From sequence record OP617745.1: a stretch of 64,000 bases of DNA; one strand, written 5' to 3'. The translations under genes and the position numbers were made by a program. The notes under the pieces are model-generated. The model had not been told where the DNA came from. It worked only from the letters and a program-made list of their open reading frames with translations, and made no database searches. This document shows, in pieces, positions 49,545-58,808 of this stretch (within the stretch, counting starts at the first letter, position 1; every line of letters starts with the position of its first letter).

Positions 49545-50660
49545 TTAGATATTGTCGCTAATAGGCAGAGTTGGTGCTTGCCATGATAGTGTACAAATAA
49601 TTGTCATATTACCATATGAACTTAAATTAACTGATTCATTAAAAATACAAGAAATTATTTCGTCTTTATCAGAAACAGTGTGATTTGTTTCATTGATTAC
49701 ATATCTACTTTGCATTGATATATCAAAATAATCATAACCAGCAATAACAGTACCACCAATATCCTCATTTGCTTCCCCACTGAAACGAATTTTCATATCA
49801 GTTACTGGTGGTTCATACCCCTGTGTTACATTTACTTCGATATTAGTGACAAGATATCCAGCAGGACAAGTACCAATAACCAGTACTGTATTAGTGTATG
49901 AATGATCGATAGTGTTCACTATAACAACTATATCCTTACCGGCATCTCCTTTATCACCCTTCTCACCTTGCAAGCCTTCTTTACCACGAAATTCAATGCC
50001 AGTGCTCCATTCTTTTTGTACTGGATCTGTATTTTCCACAATATCTACATAATATAATTTACCATCACTTGTGTTATAGAAACAATAATCTTCTGGAAGA
50101 TTAGTAATATCAGGGAAAGTGCTTCCAGTACTATCAATGTGGAATCTACCGCGTGGACCTACTTCACCCCTGAAGCTAATACCGCTCGACCACGTTTGAG
50201 TACTGGAATCATAAAAATAAAGTTTTCCATCATTGGTATTATAGAAAGTATAACCATCAAATAAACCAGAAGTAGGGAATACCGTACCAGAACTATCTAT
50301 ATGGAATGGTTTACCCTGTTCACCTTGCTCACCTTTTCCAAATTCAACCGAATTCCATGTGCTTGACTCGCCTGGATTTGAAGTTTTAAAATACAAAACA
50401 CTTGTGGAATTTGCTAAGCTCAGATAGCTCCACCCAATAGTTTTATCTGTATTAAAATCACTGTCAGGTATTTCAAAACCAATTTCGTTTGGATAAAAAT
50501 TACTTCCATCAGAACCGTCATGACCAACAACCAGACCTAAATCTTCAATGGTATTATCTGCATAAGTTACAATCAAATGACCATCTGTGCTGATTTTCAT
50601 ACTTTTAATACCAGAATTATTACATGAGCAATTGGACCCATTATTAAATGAAATTGTCAT
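49545..50660 (-). CDS. Collagen-like repeat structural protein
   Basis: G-X-Y runs (GEQGEQGK, GEVGPRG, GKEGLQGEKGDKGDAG) separated by tandem ~50-aa repeats. Confidence 0.65.
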   Translation of the reverse strand: MTISFNNGSNCSCNNSGIKSMKISTDGHLIVTYADNTIEDLGLVVGHDGSDGSNFYPNEIGFEIPDSDFNTDKTIGWSYLSLANSTSVLYFKTSNPGESSTWNSVEFGKGEQGEQGKPFHIDSSGTVFPTSGLFDGYTFYNTNDGKLYFYDSSTQTWSSGISFRGEVGPRGRFHIDSTGSTFPDITNLPEDYCFYNTSDGKLYYVDIVENTDPVQKEWSTGIEFRGKEGLQGEKGDKGDAGKDIVVIVNTIDHSYTNTVLVIGTCPAGYLVTNIEVNVTQGYEPPVTDMKIRFSGEANEDIGGTVIAGYDYFDISMQSRYVINETNHTVSDKDEIISCIFNESVNLSSYGNMTIICTLSWQAPTLPISDNI

Positions 50661-50776
50661 ATTTATATCCTTTAATGAATATCATCTAGAAATATTTATC
50701 CAGTACTATACTCTTTTGGTTAGTATATAAAGCACAATAAATAAGTTAAAGTTCATAATAAAAGGGCTTAACGATT

Positions 50777-51274
50777 ATGGCATTACGTTCAAAAAATTTT
50801 CTATTCAACAGAAAAGACAGAGATGGAGAATATAAAGATTTTCCAAATAGTGATGTGTGGTATCCAAACAATGTAGATTATTACTGGGATGAGCAATCAA
50901 CTCCAATGGCAAGTGGTGGATATTATGGAAGTACTACAGGTTTGCACACAATTTCTTTTACACTACGAGAATTCACTGGAAGAATTTATGTACTTGCTAC
51001 ACTAGCAAGCAACCCCACAGATCAAGACTGGTTTCCAATTAAATTTAAAGAAAGTTGTAAATATTATCTTGAATTTACGGATATGTCGGTTTATAACCCA
51101 ATTACCGCAGAAATAAACCGCGAACGTGGTACAACTGGTACTTTTGCTGAAACATTAACTGGTAATTTTACATACATTAAAATTGGTATTGATAGAGATT
51201 ATATCAGTGAAAATCCAAGTGATATACAAAAAGGTGCAGTAGGGTACTTAGAATCTATATTAATTAATTTTTAA
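50777..51274 (+). CDS. Probable virion structural protein
   Basis: 165 aa, preceded by TAAATA. Confidence 0.6.
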   Translation: MALRSKNFLFNRKDRDGEYKDFPNSDVWYPNNVDYYWDEQSTPMASGGYYGSTTGLHTISFTLREFTGRIYVLATLASNPTDQDWFPIKFKESCKYYLEFTDMSVYNPITAEINRERGTTGTFAETLTGNFTYIKIGIDRDYISENPSDIQKGAVGYLESILINF

Positions 51275-51284
51275 GGAATAAGAA

Positions 51285-51890
51285 ATGCTACACAAAGAAC
51301 AACCAAAATTATTTGTAAAAGGACATGTATTAATAACTGATATCACGGATCCAAATAATGTTATTACAGTTTTAGATCGTAGTAATGCGATTCACAGTGA
51401 AAATATGTCATATGCAATAGCGAATTCATTATCATATGTTCAAGATAGTACTGGGGTTCCTATTGGATCTATTAGTTCTATGCATTTTGGTAACGGTGGT
51501 AGTACTATCATCGGTACTGGACGTATTTTATATAAGCAGCCAAGAGTAACATCTTTTGGTGGATTATATTCAGAAACTTATAAAAAAAATATTAATGCCA
51601 GAATTAATCCTGGAATTGATGAACAGTACAACTATATTAGTACTGTTCATATCCCAGGACAATCATACTCAGATGTTGTATGTATTTGTACTCTAGGTTT
51701 AGGTGAACCAGTTGATCAAAACGCAAGTAGTAGTAATGATTTAGATGGTACCTATGTGTTTGATGAATTAGGTCTGTATACTGATGGTGATAGTGGTTCA
51801 CCACTGTCTCATATTATTTTCCACCCAGTGGAAAAATCAGCCAACCGTGTTTTGCAAATTAAATACACTGTACGCATTCAATTACAATAA
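51285..51890 (+). CDS. Probable baseplate/tail structural protein
   Basis: YVFDELGLY...LSHIIFHPVEKSANRVLQIKYTVRI motif of tail-collar/baseplate proteins. Confidence 0.65.
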   Translation: MLHKEQPKLFVKGHVLITDITDPNNVITVLDRSNAIHSENMSYAIANSLSYVQDSTGVPIGSISSMHFGNGGSTIIGTGRILYKQPRVTSFGGLYSETYKKNINARINPGIDEQYNYISTVHIPGQSYSDVVCICTLGLGEPVDQNASSSNDLDGTYVFDELGLYTDGDSGSPLSHIIFHPVEKSANRVLQIKYTVRIQLQ

Positions 51891-51903
51891 TAAGAGGTAT
51901 ATA

Positions 51904-53016
51904 ATGGCAACGGTTAATTATGTAATCAAAAGAAGTGATGGTACTACATATGCTACCATCCCCAACGATGTTATACTAGGTCCAAATCAACCTGGTAGCA
52001 ACCCAGTACCTCTTAATTTTGTAGGAAGGAATAAGGTTGGATATGGTCAGGCATCAAACGAAAACTTTCTACACTTAGTTGAAAACTTCACAAGTTCAAA
52101 TGCACCTTATGGTAACGTTAAAGGGCAATTATGGTATAAAGCCACTGGGAGTACACCTGGTGAATTTCTTTTAGCATTGCAGGATAATGCTCAACAACCC
52201 GTAGATACTGCAACAGAAGGACAATGGGCTTCTATACCAATGATTACATTGTTTAATACCATACCAGATGGTACTAACAGTGTAATGGGTAGAATGATCC
52301 TCACCAATAATGGTGATACTCTTCGTGTTCTTATGAAAAATAAAGAATGGAGGGAAGTTTTAACTCGTAAACCACAAGCAAAAGAATATGAAGCACTGCT
52401 TGATATTAATTATGATAGTTCAGTAAATTATATTGAATTCACACAAACTAACAGTACTAAACCTATTGCTTATTTTAATACTGGTGGTGATATGAGCATT
52501 GACTCAAATGGTTGGGCTAGTTTTGAAACAGGCAATGGTGTGTTCCAATTTGGAACTAACTATTTTTATGAAATGAAAATAATGTTCAGGGAAGTTTCGA
52601 TGGATAGTGGCTCATTATTATCTGTCCCTTCTAACTACAAAACGTGGAAAATTAATGGTAGCTTTTATGTTGATAATAAAGGAACCATTACACCGGGTTC
52701 TGTTCCGTGCAGTGATTTACCAGATCCACGTCGTATTGCAAGTTTGGAAACTATTAAAGATGTAATCACCAGTGCTACACTACAAAATGACTGGGACGTT
52801 AGTATGGTAATTAATGATATAGATTCATCCATTCCTAACCCTACTGGGGTTACTAAAGCAGCATATGAACAATGGGTTATTAATTCACTTAATAGTAGCA
52901 AAACACTAGGTTTTAGAGTAGATGGTACTGTATCAGGATTAAGTACTGGACAAACTGTAAAAATTCAACCTAACATTTCAATTAAAATTCTTGGGATCCC
53001 GGCACTCGGTGTATAA
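51904..53016 (+). CDS. Probable baseplate/tail structural protein
   Basis: Start placed at ATG 51904 behind GAGG; L.FVGRNKVGYGQ..NENFLHLVENF...P....GQLWY motif. Confidence 0.65.
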   Translation: MATVNYVIKRSDGTTYATIPNDVILGPNQPGSNPVPLNFVGRNKVGYGQASNENFLHLVENFTSSNAPYGNVKGQLWYKATGSTPGEFLLALQDNAQQPVDTATEGQWASIPMITLFNTIPDGTNSVMGRMILTNNGDTLRVLMKNKEWREVLTRKPQAKEYEALLDINYDSSVNYIEFTQTNSTKPIAYFNTGGDMSIDSNGWASFETGNGVFQFGTNYFYEMKIMFREVSMDSGSLLSVPSNYKTWKINGSFYVDNKGTITPGSVPCSDLPDPRRIASLETIKDVITSATLQNDWDVSMVINDIDSSIPNPTGVTKAAYEQWVINSLNSSKTLGFRVDGTVSGLSTGQTVKIQPNISIKILGIPALGV

Positions 53017-53023
53017 CAAAAAC

Positions 53024-53052
53024 AAAAAAAGGAGCCAATCGGCTCCTTTTTT
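53024..53052. terminator. Bidirectional terminator
   Basis: AAAAAAAGGAGCC-AATC-GGCTCCTTTTTT. Confidence 0.85.
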
Positions 53053-53053
53053 G

Positions 53054-53527
53054 TTAAAAATATGGTTCACTATTTAAACTGTTGACAAACACAGTCCCTT
53101 TCTTTATACTTTCATACAGAGATTTAAAATCCTTCATTAAATTTTCATTAAGTAGTGTGCTTTTAGCACCAGGATGTAATCTTAGACTTTTATACGAACC
53201 AATTTCTACCCAAGAATATCCAGAGCTTTCGTGATTCAGTACAGGAATAAATTCATTTTCAACTACTATAACAAATGAATAATATTTGAATTTACCATTT
53301 TTAGTACTGAATACATCAAAAGGTATAATATCTTCAATATCGGGAACAGAATTACCTAATTCTTCTTGTATTTCTCTGTACAATGCTTGTAATGGTGTTT
53401 CATTATTTTGAAGTTTTCCTCCTACAAATCCCCAGTTATTACTATAGGTAGCACTTTCCGAACGTAAATTGAGCATCATTCTTCCTGTATTCTTGGATAG
53501 GAATATAGCACCAACTGCTTCATTCAT
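53054..53527 (-). CDS. Nudix hydrolase
   Basis: WGFVGGKLQNNETPLQALYREIQEELG; LNHESSGYSW; LHPG. Confidence 0.88.
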   Translation of the reverse strand: MNEAVGAIFLSKNTGRMMLNLRSESATYSNNWGFVGGKLQNNETPLQALYREIQEELGNSVPDIEDIIPFDVFSTKNGKFKYYSFVIVVENEFIPVLNHESSGYSWVEIGSYKSLRLHPGAKSTLLNENLMKDFKSLYESIKKGTVFVNSLNSEPYF

Positions 53528-53539
53528 AGAAACTCCTTG

Positions 53540-54865
53540 TTAGTTTTTATCACGAAATGTAATACGCCAATAACCAGCAGTGTATTTTGGTTTAACCGAT
53601 CTAGACCAACCCAAACGCTTATTATATTTGTAATAATGAGTATCATCTCTGTTATAGATATAATTTGATACAGTTTCTGGATCAATCAAATCTGCACCTG
53701 TGTTGGTTATTTTAAATAGCATATTAGGTTCAATTGATGTATCTTTGTATTGAATAGAACATTTTGAATTATTAACATAATATTGTTCTGGTATAGCATT
53801 ATTTAGTTCAGAAATTTTAGATACTAATTTGATAATATTAAAATTCGTACTATACTGTAAAGGATCAATTTCAACTGTTAACTTATTTGCATCATCACCA
53901 CTACCAATAGATGTTACTATCCCCTTTAATGGGTTAGTTTCTTCGATTGCAGTTTGGAATCTTATGGTAATTTCCTTATCTTCATAATCTGGATCTAAAT
54001 ACTGGAAATATTTTTTCCATGAATAAATCCCACCAGTATCTGCTTTTGGACTTCCTGATTGAGAGATTAAAGTAATTTCAAAAATATTATCAGTTTGTTC
54101 TTCAGTACCTATACCCAAATTCTTTGGTGTAAAAACATCAACGATTGGATCTTCAAAATCAAAGTTCATATCTTTTTCAGGAATATATGTTGTCATATTA
54201 GTGTTGATTTGGTTAATTAGTTTTGGTTTTTCAACCCTAGCAGGTAAAGAAAACCATATAGTAGTTTCGAATTTAAATACTGCAATATCCAAATCAGTAT
54301 CATTACCCTGTGGTACACCCCTTGTACTAAATGTTGTATCTACCAATTCCACATTTTCAATACTGGTCCAATCAAGTGGGTTATTGGACATTTGCATTTG
54401 TACACTTGGTGCAAAGAGTGTACAAATTTGTTCCCACAATTCCATTTTAGCTTGCAATTGTGTAGTCCATATGTTAAGATTGAATACAAATTTATATGGT
54501 ACTGGATTGTGTCGTGTAACTTTGTACATTTTATCGATTTCGTGTATATAATTACCATTATCATCAGTTTTATTAGTTGCGAATACTGAAATATCATCTG
54601 CATTAGAACGCGTTGATTTTCTATCCACATTTAAGCTTTCTACACTGATAGTCATAATAGGTGCTGAATTTATGATATTTTCACTACCACTATTAATAAT
54701 ATAGGCAGCCATTTTTGAAATATCTGCATAACGAACCGGAACTTCTCGGTATCGTGGTTTGCCTTCATCATCAACACCATTTTGTACAGTAAAACCACTG
54801 AATAAACGAATAAGATGAGTTAATTCTCTATGAAATTGTCCATCATAATAATAATCTAGTTTCAT
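53540..54865 (-). CDS. Tail sheath stabiliser / tail completion protein (T4 gp15-like)
   Basis: YYYDGQF.R.L...IRLFS.F; VPVRYAD; PVPY.F.FNLNIWT...K.ELWEQI..LF.P. Confidence 0.65.
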   Translation of the reverse strand: MKLDYYYDGQFHRELTHLIRLFSGFTVQNGVDDEGKPRYREVPVRYADISKMAAYIINSGSENIINSAPIMTISVESLNVDRKSTRSNADDISVFATNKTDDNGNYIHEIDKMYKVTRHNPVPYKFVFNLNIWTTQLQAKMELWEQICTLFAPSVQMQMSNNPLDWTSIENVELVDTTFSTRGVPQGNDTDLDIAVFKFETTIWFSLPARVEKPKLINQINTNMTTYIPEKDMNFDFEDPIVDVFTPKNLGIGTEEQTDNIFEITLISQSGSPKADTGGIYSWKKYFQYLDPDYEDKEITIRFQTAIEETNPLKGIVTSIGSGDDANKLTVEIDPLQYSTNFNIIKLVSKISELNNAIPEQYYVNNSKCSIQYKDTSIEPNMLFKITNTGADLIDPETVSNYIYNRDDTHYYKYNKRLGWSRSVKPKYTAGYWRITFRDKN

Positions 54866-54867
54866 TG

Positions 54868-56331
54868 TTATTCTTTCCTATATTTTGGTGTACTTGCAAT
54901 ATCATGCAATGGCATTCTATCTGAACTGTTGACGAAATTTACAAGTTCTGGGTCTGAACCTAACCATGGAATTCTGTTACCATAATCGAATACTACCCAT
55001 GATTGACTGTCGGCATTGTATTTCCAACATGTGACCGGATTATAGTCAGTTCTGAAAAAATATTCTCCATCAGTTGGTGTAGATGGAAACTCGGTACCTT
55101 CTGGTACTGAACCCCTTTGTGGTGGAATTTCCGGTCTGTAGTTATTAGGAACATCAATAATATCATTAATATTAGAAGTATTGAAATTAAATTTTCCTGG
55201 GAAATTAGATGGAATAATCCACAAATCATCTTTGTATTGATATACTTGTGAATCACTATATTTTACATAAAACTCTATGTTATTCTTAGGTTGTTTATCT
55301 TCCTTACTATATTCAACATCACATAGCAACCAACTATTACTTGAGTTATCGTACTGGTACAATGAAAAACCACTTACATTAGTACTATCTTCTTTAAAGA
55401 AGAAATCACCATCAGTTGGATTGGATGGGAAGTTAATATCATACCCAGTACTGACAACATTCCACATATCATCAACATTCTCTTTAAGTACAGGTTTAGT
55501 CTTTTTAAGATATAGCATATTATTAGCTGGTTCTTCTGGGAAGTCATATCCATTTAGCATACTTTTAGATAGGTCTACATAGTCAATTCGTGGATCATAA
55601 AACTGTTCATTATCAAAATTGAGATAAGGTACATCATTTTCAGCTATTGTGATTATTTTATTCATTATATCCATTTCATTTTGATAATTACTGTTGTTAT
55701 TACCATTACCGTTGCCATTATTTGGATCATCTGGGTTATCTGGATAACTATTGTTTTGTAGTAAATCTGAGTATTCAGGTGAATCAGTAATGGGTTTGAC
55801 TCGAATTTTCCATATATGAGCTTGCCACGTGGCAGAATATCCTTCATATGTTTTAAAAGCATCCTGTACTACATAAAAACGGTTTATACCACTATCTTTA
55901 CCAATAACATCGAAATCACGTAAATTTGGTAGTTCAATAACATCACCCGGAAGAATCTTTCTTCCTAAACGTTTCATCATATCGTTATAATGAACAGTTA
56001 TATCCATTGTATTAAAATCAAAAAACAGGCCAGGGAGTTTCATGTCGGGAGTTGCTTCTTGCACTTGATAGACACATGAAAATGTGATAGCCTCTAGATT
56101 ATATTTTCTATTCGAGGTGTCACCAAAAACCCAATCGCTAACACTGTTGATATCAAAGCTTGACTCTGAACTGGAAGTTGTTGTATAATCACCAGTACTG
56201 GACGTTGGTTTTTCACCACAGTACGCGTAAAGCCACATGTCAACGCCACCTATGTTGTATTGTTCGGCAATGGCAGAATCAATAAAAGAGTAATCATTCG
56301 TTCTGCCTTTTTTCCACATCTTATAAGCCAT
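54868..56331 (-). CDS. Neck / head-closure protein (T4 gp14-like)
   Basis: DY.FID..I.EQY.IGG; FGD...RKY; ITVHYNDM...LGRK..PGDVIELP. Confidence 0.6.
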   Translation of the reverse strand: MAYKMWKKGRTNDYSFIDSAIAEQYNIGGVDMWLYAYCGEKPTSSTGDYTTTSSSESSFDINSVSDWVFGDTSNRKYNLEAITFSCVYQVQEATPDMKLPGLFFDFNTMDITVHYNDMMKRLGRKILPGDVIELPNLRDFDVIGKDSGINRFYVVQDAFKTYEGYSATWQAHIWKIRVKPITDSPEYSDLLQNNSYPDNPDDPNNGNGNGNNNSNYQNEMDIMNKIITIAENDVPYLNFDNEQFYDPRIDYVDLSKSMLNGYDFPEEPANNMLYLKKTKPVLKENVDDMWNVVSTGYDINFPSNPTDGDFFFKEDSTNVSGFSLYQYDNSSNSWLLCDVEYSKEDKQPKNNIEFYVKYSDSQVYQYKDDLWIIPSNFPGKFNFNTSNINDIIDVPNNYRPEIPPQRGSVPEGTEFPSTPTDGEYFFRTDYNPVTCWKYNADSQSWVVFDYGNRIPWLGSDPELVNFVNSSDRMPLHDIASTPKYRKE

Positions 56332-56385
56332 TTGAATTCTCCAAATGCATTTTTTATATAGTATTTAGAGAAGATAAAAAAAGAG

Positions 56386-56415
56386 TTGACATTGCAATTT
56401 AATTTCTGATATAAT
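56386..56415 (+). promoter_or_regulatory. sigma70-type promoter for clpA
   Basis: TTGACA-N18-TATAAT with extended TG. Confidence 0.75.
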
Positions 56416-56463
56416 GTAATCATAGTTCAATACAAAAAGAGACATTTTACAAAAGGAAAATCA

Positions 56464-58773
56464 ATGAATCTACAAAAACTATTTAAAGTAAGCGATGATC
56501 TGGCAACTTCTCTTGGTCATACATATCTTACTATTGACCATATTAGTGCTACACTTCTTGAAGTTGATAGTATTGTAGAACTATTCAATACCATGAATAT
56601 TGATACAAATAAACTTCACAGTCGTGTGATGAATTTTCTGAAAAGTACTGAATATCCAAATCAACCGGCTAGTATGTCAGCTAATGGGACTAACAGTAGT
56701 TCTTTGTTGGTAAATCGCGTATTCAATGAACTGTCAAAAAAATCAGTTATTGAACAACTTAAACGTGATGATTTTACAATTGATTCATACTTTGTACTAT
56801 TTGAATGCTTGTCTTTCCCTAATACAGCACTAGAAGCTGCGTTAAAAGAAGAAGGCGTGTCTCGCACTGAAGCAGCACGTGCATTACAAAAACATGTGGC
56901 GAAAATCGATAGTTCCATCAATCTACAAAGTATTGCTGAAGATCCTAATTCATCAGATAAGAAAGCGACGGCGGGACAAATGAATGCAATTAAACAAAAA
57001 ACTCTAGAAGATTTTACTGTAAACCTGACTAAACTTGCACAGGAAGGTAAACTTGACCCAATGATCGGTCGCCAAAAAGAACTTCAATCACTAATTGAAG
57101 TAATGGCACGTAAAAACAAAAAGAATGCTATTCTTACTGGTGATGCAGGAGTCGGTAAAACTCAGATCGTCGATGGTTTTGCACAAGCCATTGCTGATGG
57201 TGACGTACCTGACTATCTGAAAGGTGTTGAGGTATTATCTCTTAACGTTTCTGCTGTAACTGCTGGTACAAAATACCGTGGTGAATTCGAAGAACGTATG
57301 GAAGGTATTATTAAAGAACTTAAAAAACGAGAAAATGTAATTTTGTTCATTGATGAAGTACATATTATGATGGGTGCTGGTGGTAGCAGTACTGGATCTA
57401 TGGATATGAGCAATATCATGAAACCAGCACTTTCACGTGGTGATATTCGTGTTATCGGTGCAACAACTTATGAGGAATATCGCCAGAACATTGAAAAAGA
57501 TGCTGCATTTTCCCGCCGATTCACCAAAATTGATGTAGTTGAACCTAGTATTAACGAAACACGTGAAATTATTAATGGACTGAAAGGTACTTATGAAAAA
57601 TATCACAACGTAACATTCAGTACTGAAACAATTAACTCAATTATTAATCTGAGTTCTAAATTTTTACAAAATAAAAAGTTTCCAGATAAAGCAATTGATC
57701 TGATGGATAGTGCTGCTGCTAAAATTCGTTCAGAAAAACGTTCAGATCTAAAAGTGACGGTACGTGATATTGAAGAAGTTGTGTCCAGAATCACAAACCT
57801 TGATATTAGTGTTATTTCTTGTACTGAAAGTGAACGCATGAATAATCTACCAGATGTTCTACGTTCGCGTGTATTTGGTCAAGATGAAGCAATTGAAAAA
57901 TTGGTCGATAACGTTATGGTTGCACGTGCTGGGCTACGTGATAAATCAAGTGTTCAGGGTGCTTTCATGTTTGTTGGACCATCTGGTACAGGTAAAACTG
58001 AAATCACAAAAGCACTTGCTGAAGCAATGGGTTCTGAGCTAATTCGTTTTGATATGTCAGAGTTTTCACAAGATCACACTGTATCTAAACTTATTGGTTC
58101 ACCTCCTGGATATGTAGGTCATGAAACAGGTAATGGTCAGCTTCTTGATAAAGTTGAACAATTCCCTAATGCAGTACTTCTACTGGATGAAATTGAAAAA
58201 GCACATCCAAAGGTACTACTGACATTCCTACAAGTATTGGATGAAGGGCGTTTGACTGGTTCACAAGGTAAAACAGTTTACTTTAATAATATTACGGTTA
58301 TTATGACTACAAACCTTGGAGCAGCAGATTCCAATAAACGTAGTATCGGTGTAAGTACAGTGGATTCTGCACAAGAAAAAGCTATTAAAGCATTTTTACC
58401 ACCAGAATTCATCAATCGCATTGATAGTATTGTTAAATTCAATGAACTATCATCAGAAGCAATTGATAGTGTAATTGACAAGTTTATGGGGGCATTGCGT
58501 GAACATGTTAAAGAACGTGGAATTGAAGTGGTACTGACCAAGCGTGCACGTGAATACCTAGCAGAGAATGGTGTTCAGAACGGCATGGGTGCTCGTCCAA
58601 TGAAGCGTTTGATTGAGCAATGCATTCGTGTACCTTTGGCAAAAGAAATGCTTCTAGGCTCTCTGGTGAACGGTGGTAAGGTAACGTTTGATGTGATTGA
58701 TGGTAAGATTGCAATTAAACAAAAAGTTAAAAAAGCCACAAAGGAAATTGATTCAGCAGAATTAGAGGCATAA
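56464..58773 (+). CDS. clpA: ClpA-like Hsp100 ATPase (two AAA+ modules)
   Basis: LDPMIGRQ; GDAGVGKT; LFIDEVH; GPSGTGKTE; RFDMSEF...SKLIGSPPGYVG; LLLDEIEKAHP; PPEFINRID; GMGARPM. Confidence 0.92.
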   Translation: MNLQKLFKVSDDLATSLGHTYLTIDHISATLLEVDSIVELFNTMNIDTNKLHSRVMNFLKSTEYPNQPASMSANGTNSSSLLVNRVFNELSKKSVIEQLKRDDFTIDSYFVLFECLSFPNTALEAALKEEGVSRTEAARALQKHVAKIDSSINLQSIAEDPNSSDKKATAGQMNAIKQKTLEDFTVNLTKLAQEGKLDPMIGRQKELQSLIEVMARKNKKNAILTGDAGVGKTQIVDGFAQAIADGDVPDYLKGVEVLSLNVSAVTAGTKYRGEFEERMEGIIKELKKRENVILFIDEVHIMMGAGGSSTGSMDMSNIMKPALSRGDIRVIGATTYEEYRQNIEKDAAFSRRFTKIDVVEPSINETREIINGLKGTYEKYHNVTFSTETINSIINLSSKFLQNKKFPDKAIDLMDSAAAKIRSEKRSDLKVTVRDIEEVVSRITNLDISVISCTESERMNNLPDVLRSRVFGQDEAIEKLVDNVMVARAGLRDKSSVQGAFMFVGPSGTGKTEITKALAEAMGSELIRFDMSEFSQDHTVSKLIGSPPGYVGHETGNGQLLDKVEQFPNAVLLLDEIEKAHPKVLLTFLQVLDEGRLTGSQGKTVYFNNITVIMTTNLGAADSNKRSIGVSTVDSAQEKAIKAFLPPEFINRIDSIVKFNELSSEAIDSVIDKFMGALREHVKERGIEVVLTKRAREYLAENGVQNGMGARPMKRLIEQCIRVPLAKEMLLGSLVNGGKVTFDVIDGKIAIKQKVKKATKEIDSAELEA

Positions 58774-58777
58774 AAAC

Positions 58778-58806
58778 AAAAGGAGAGCTTTTATGCTCTC
58801 CTTTTT
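58778..58806. terminator. Bidirectional terminator
   Basis: AAAAGGAGAGC-TTTTAT-GCTCTCCTTTTT. Confidence 0.85.
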
Positions 58807-58808
58807 TA

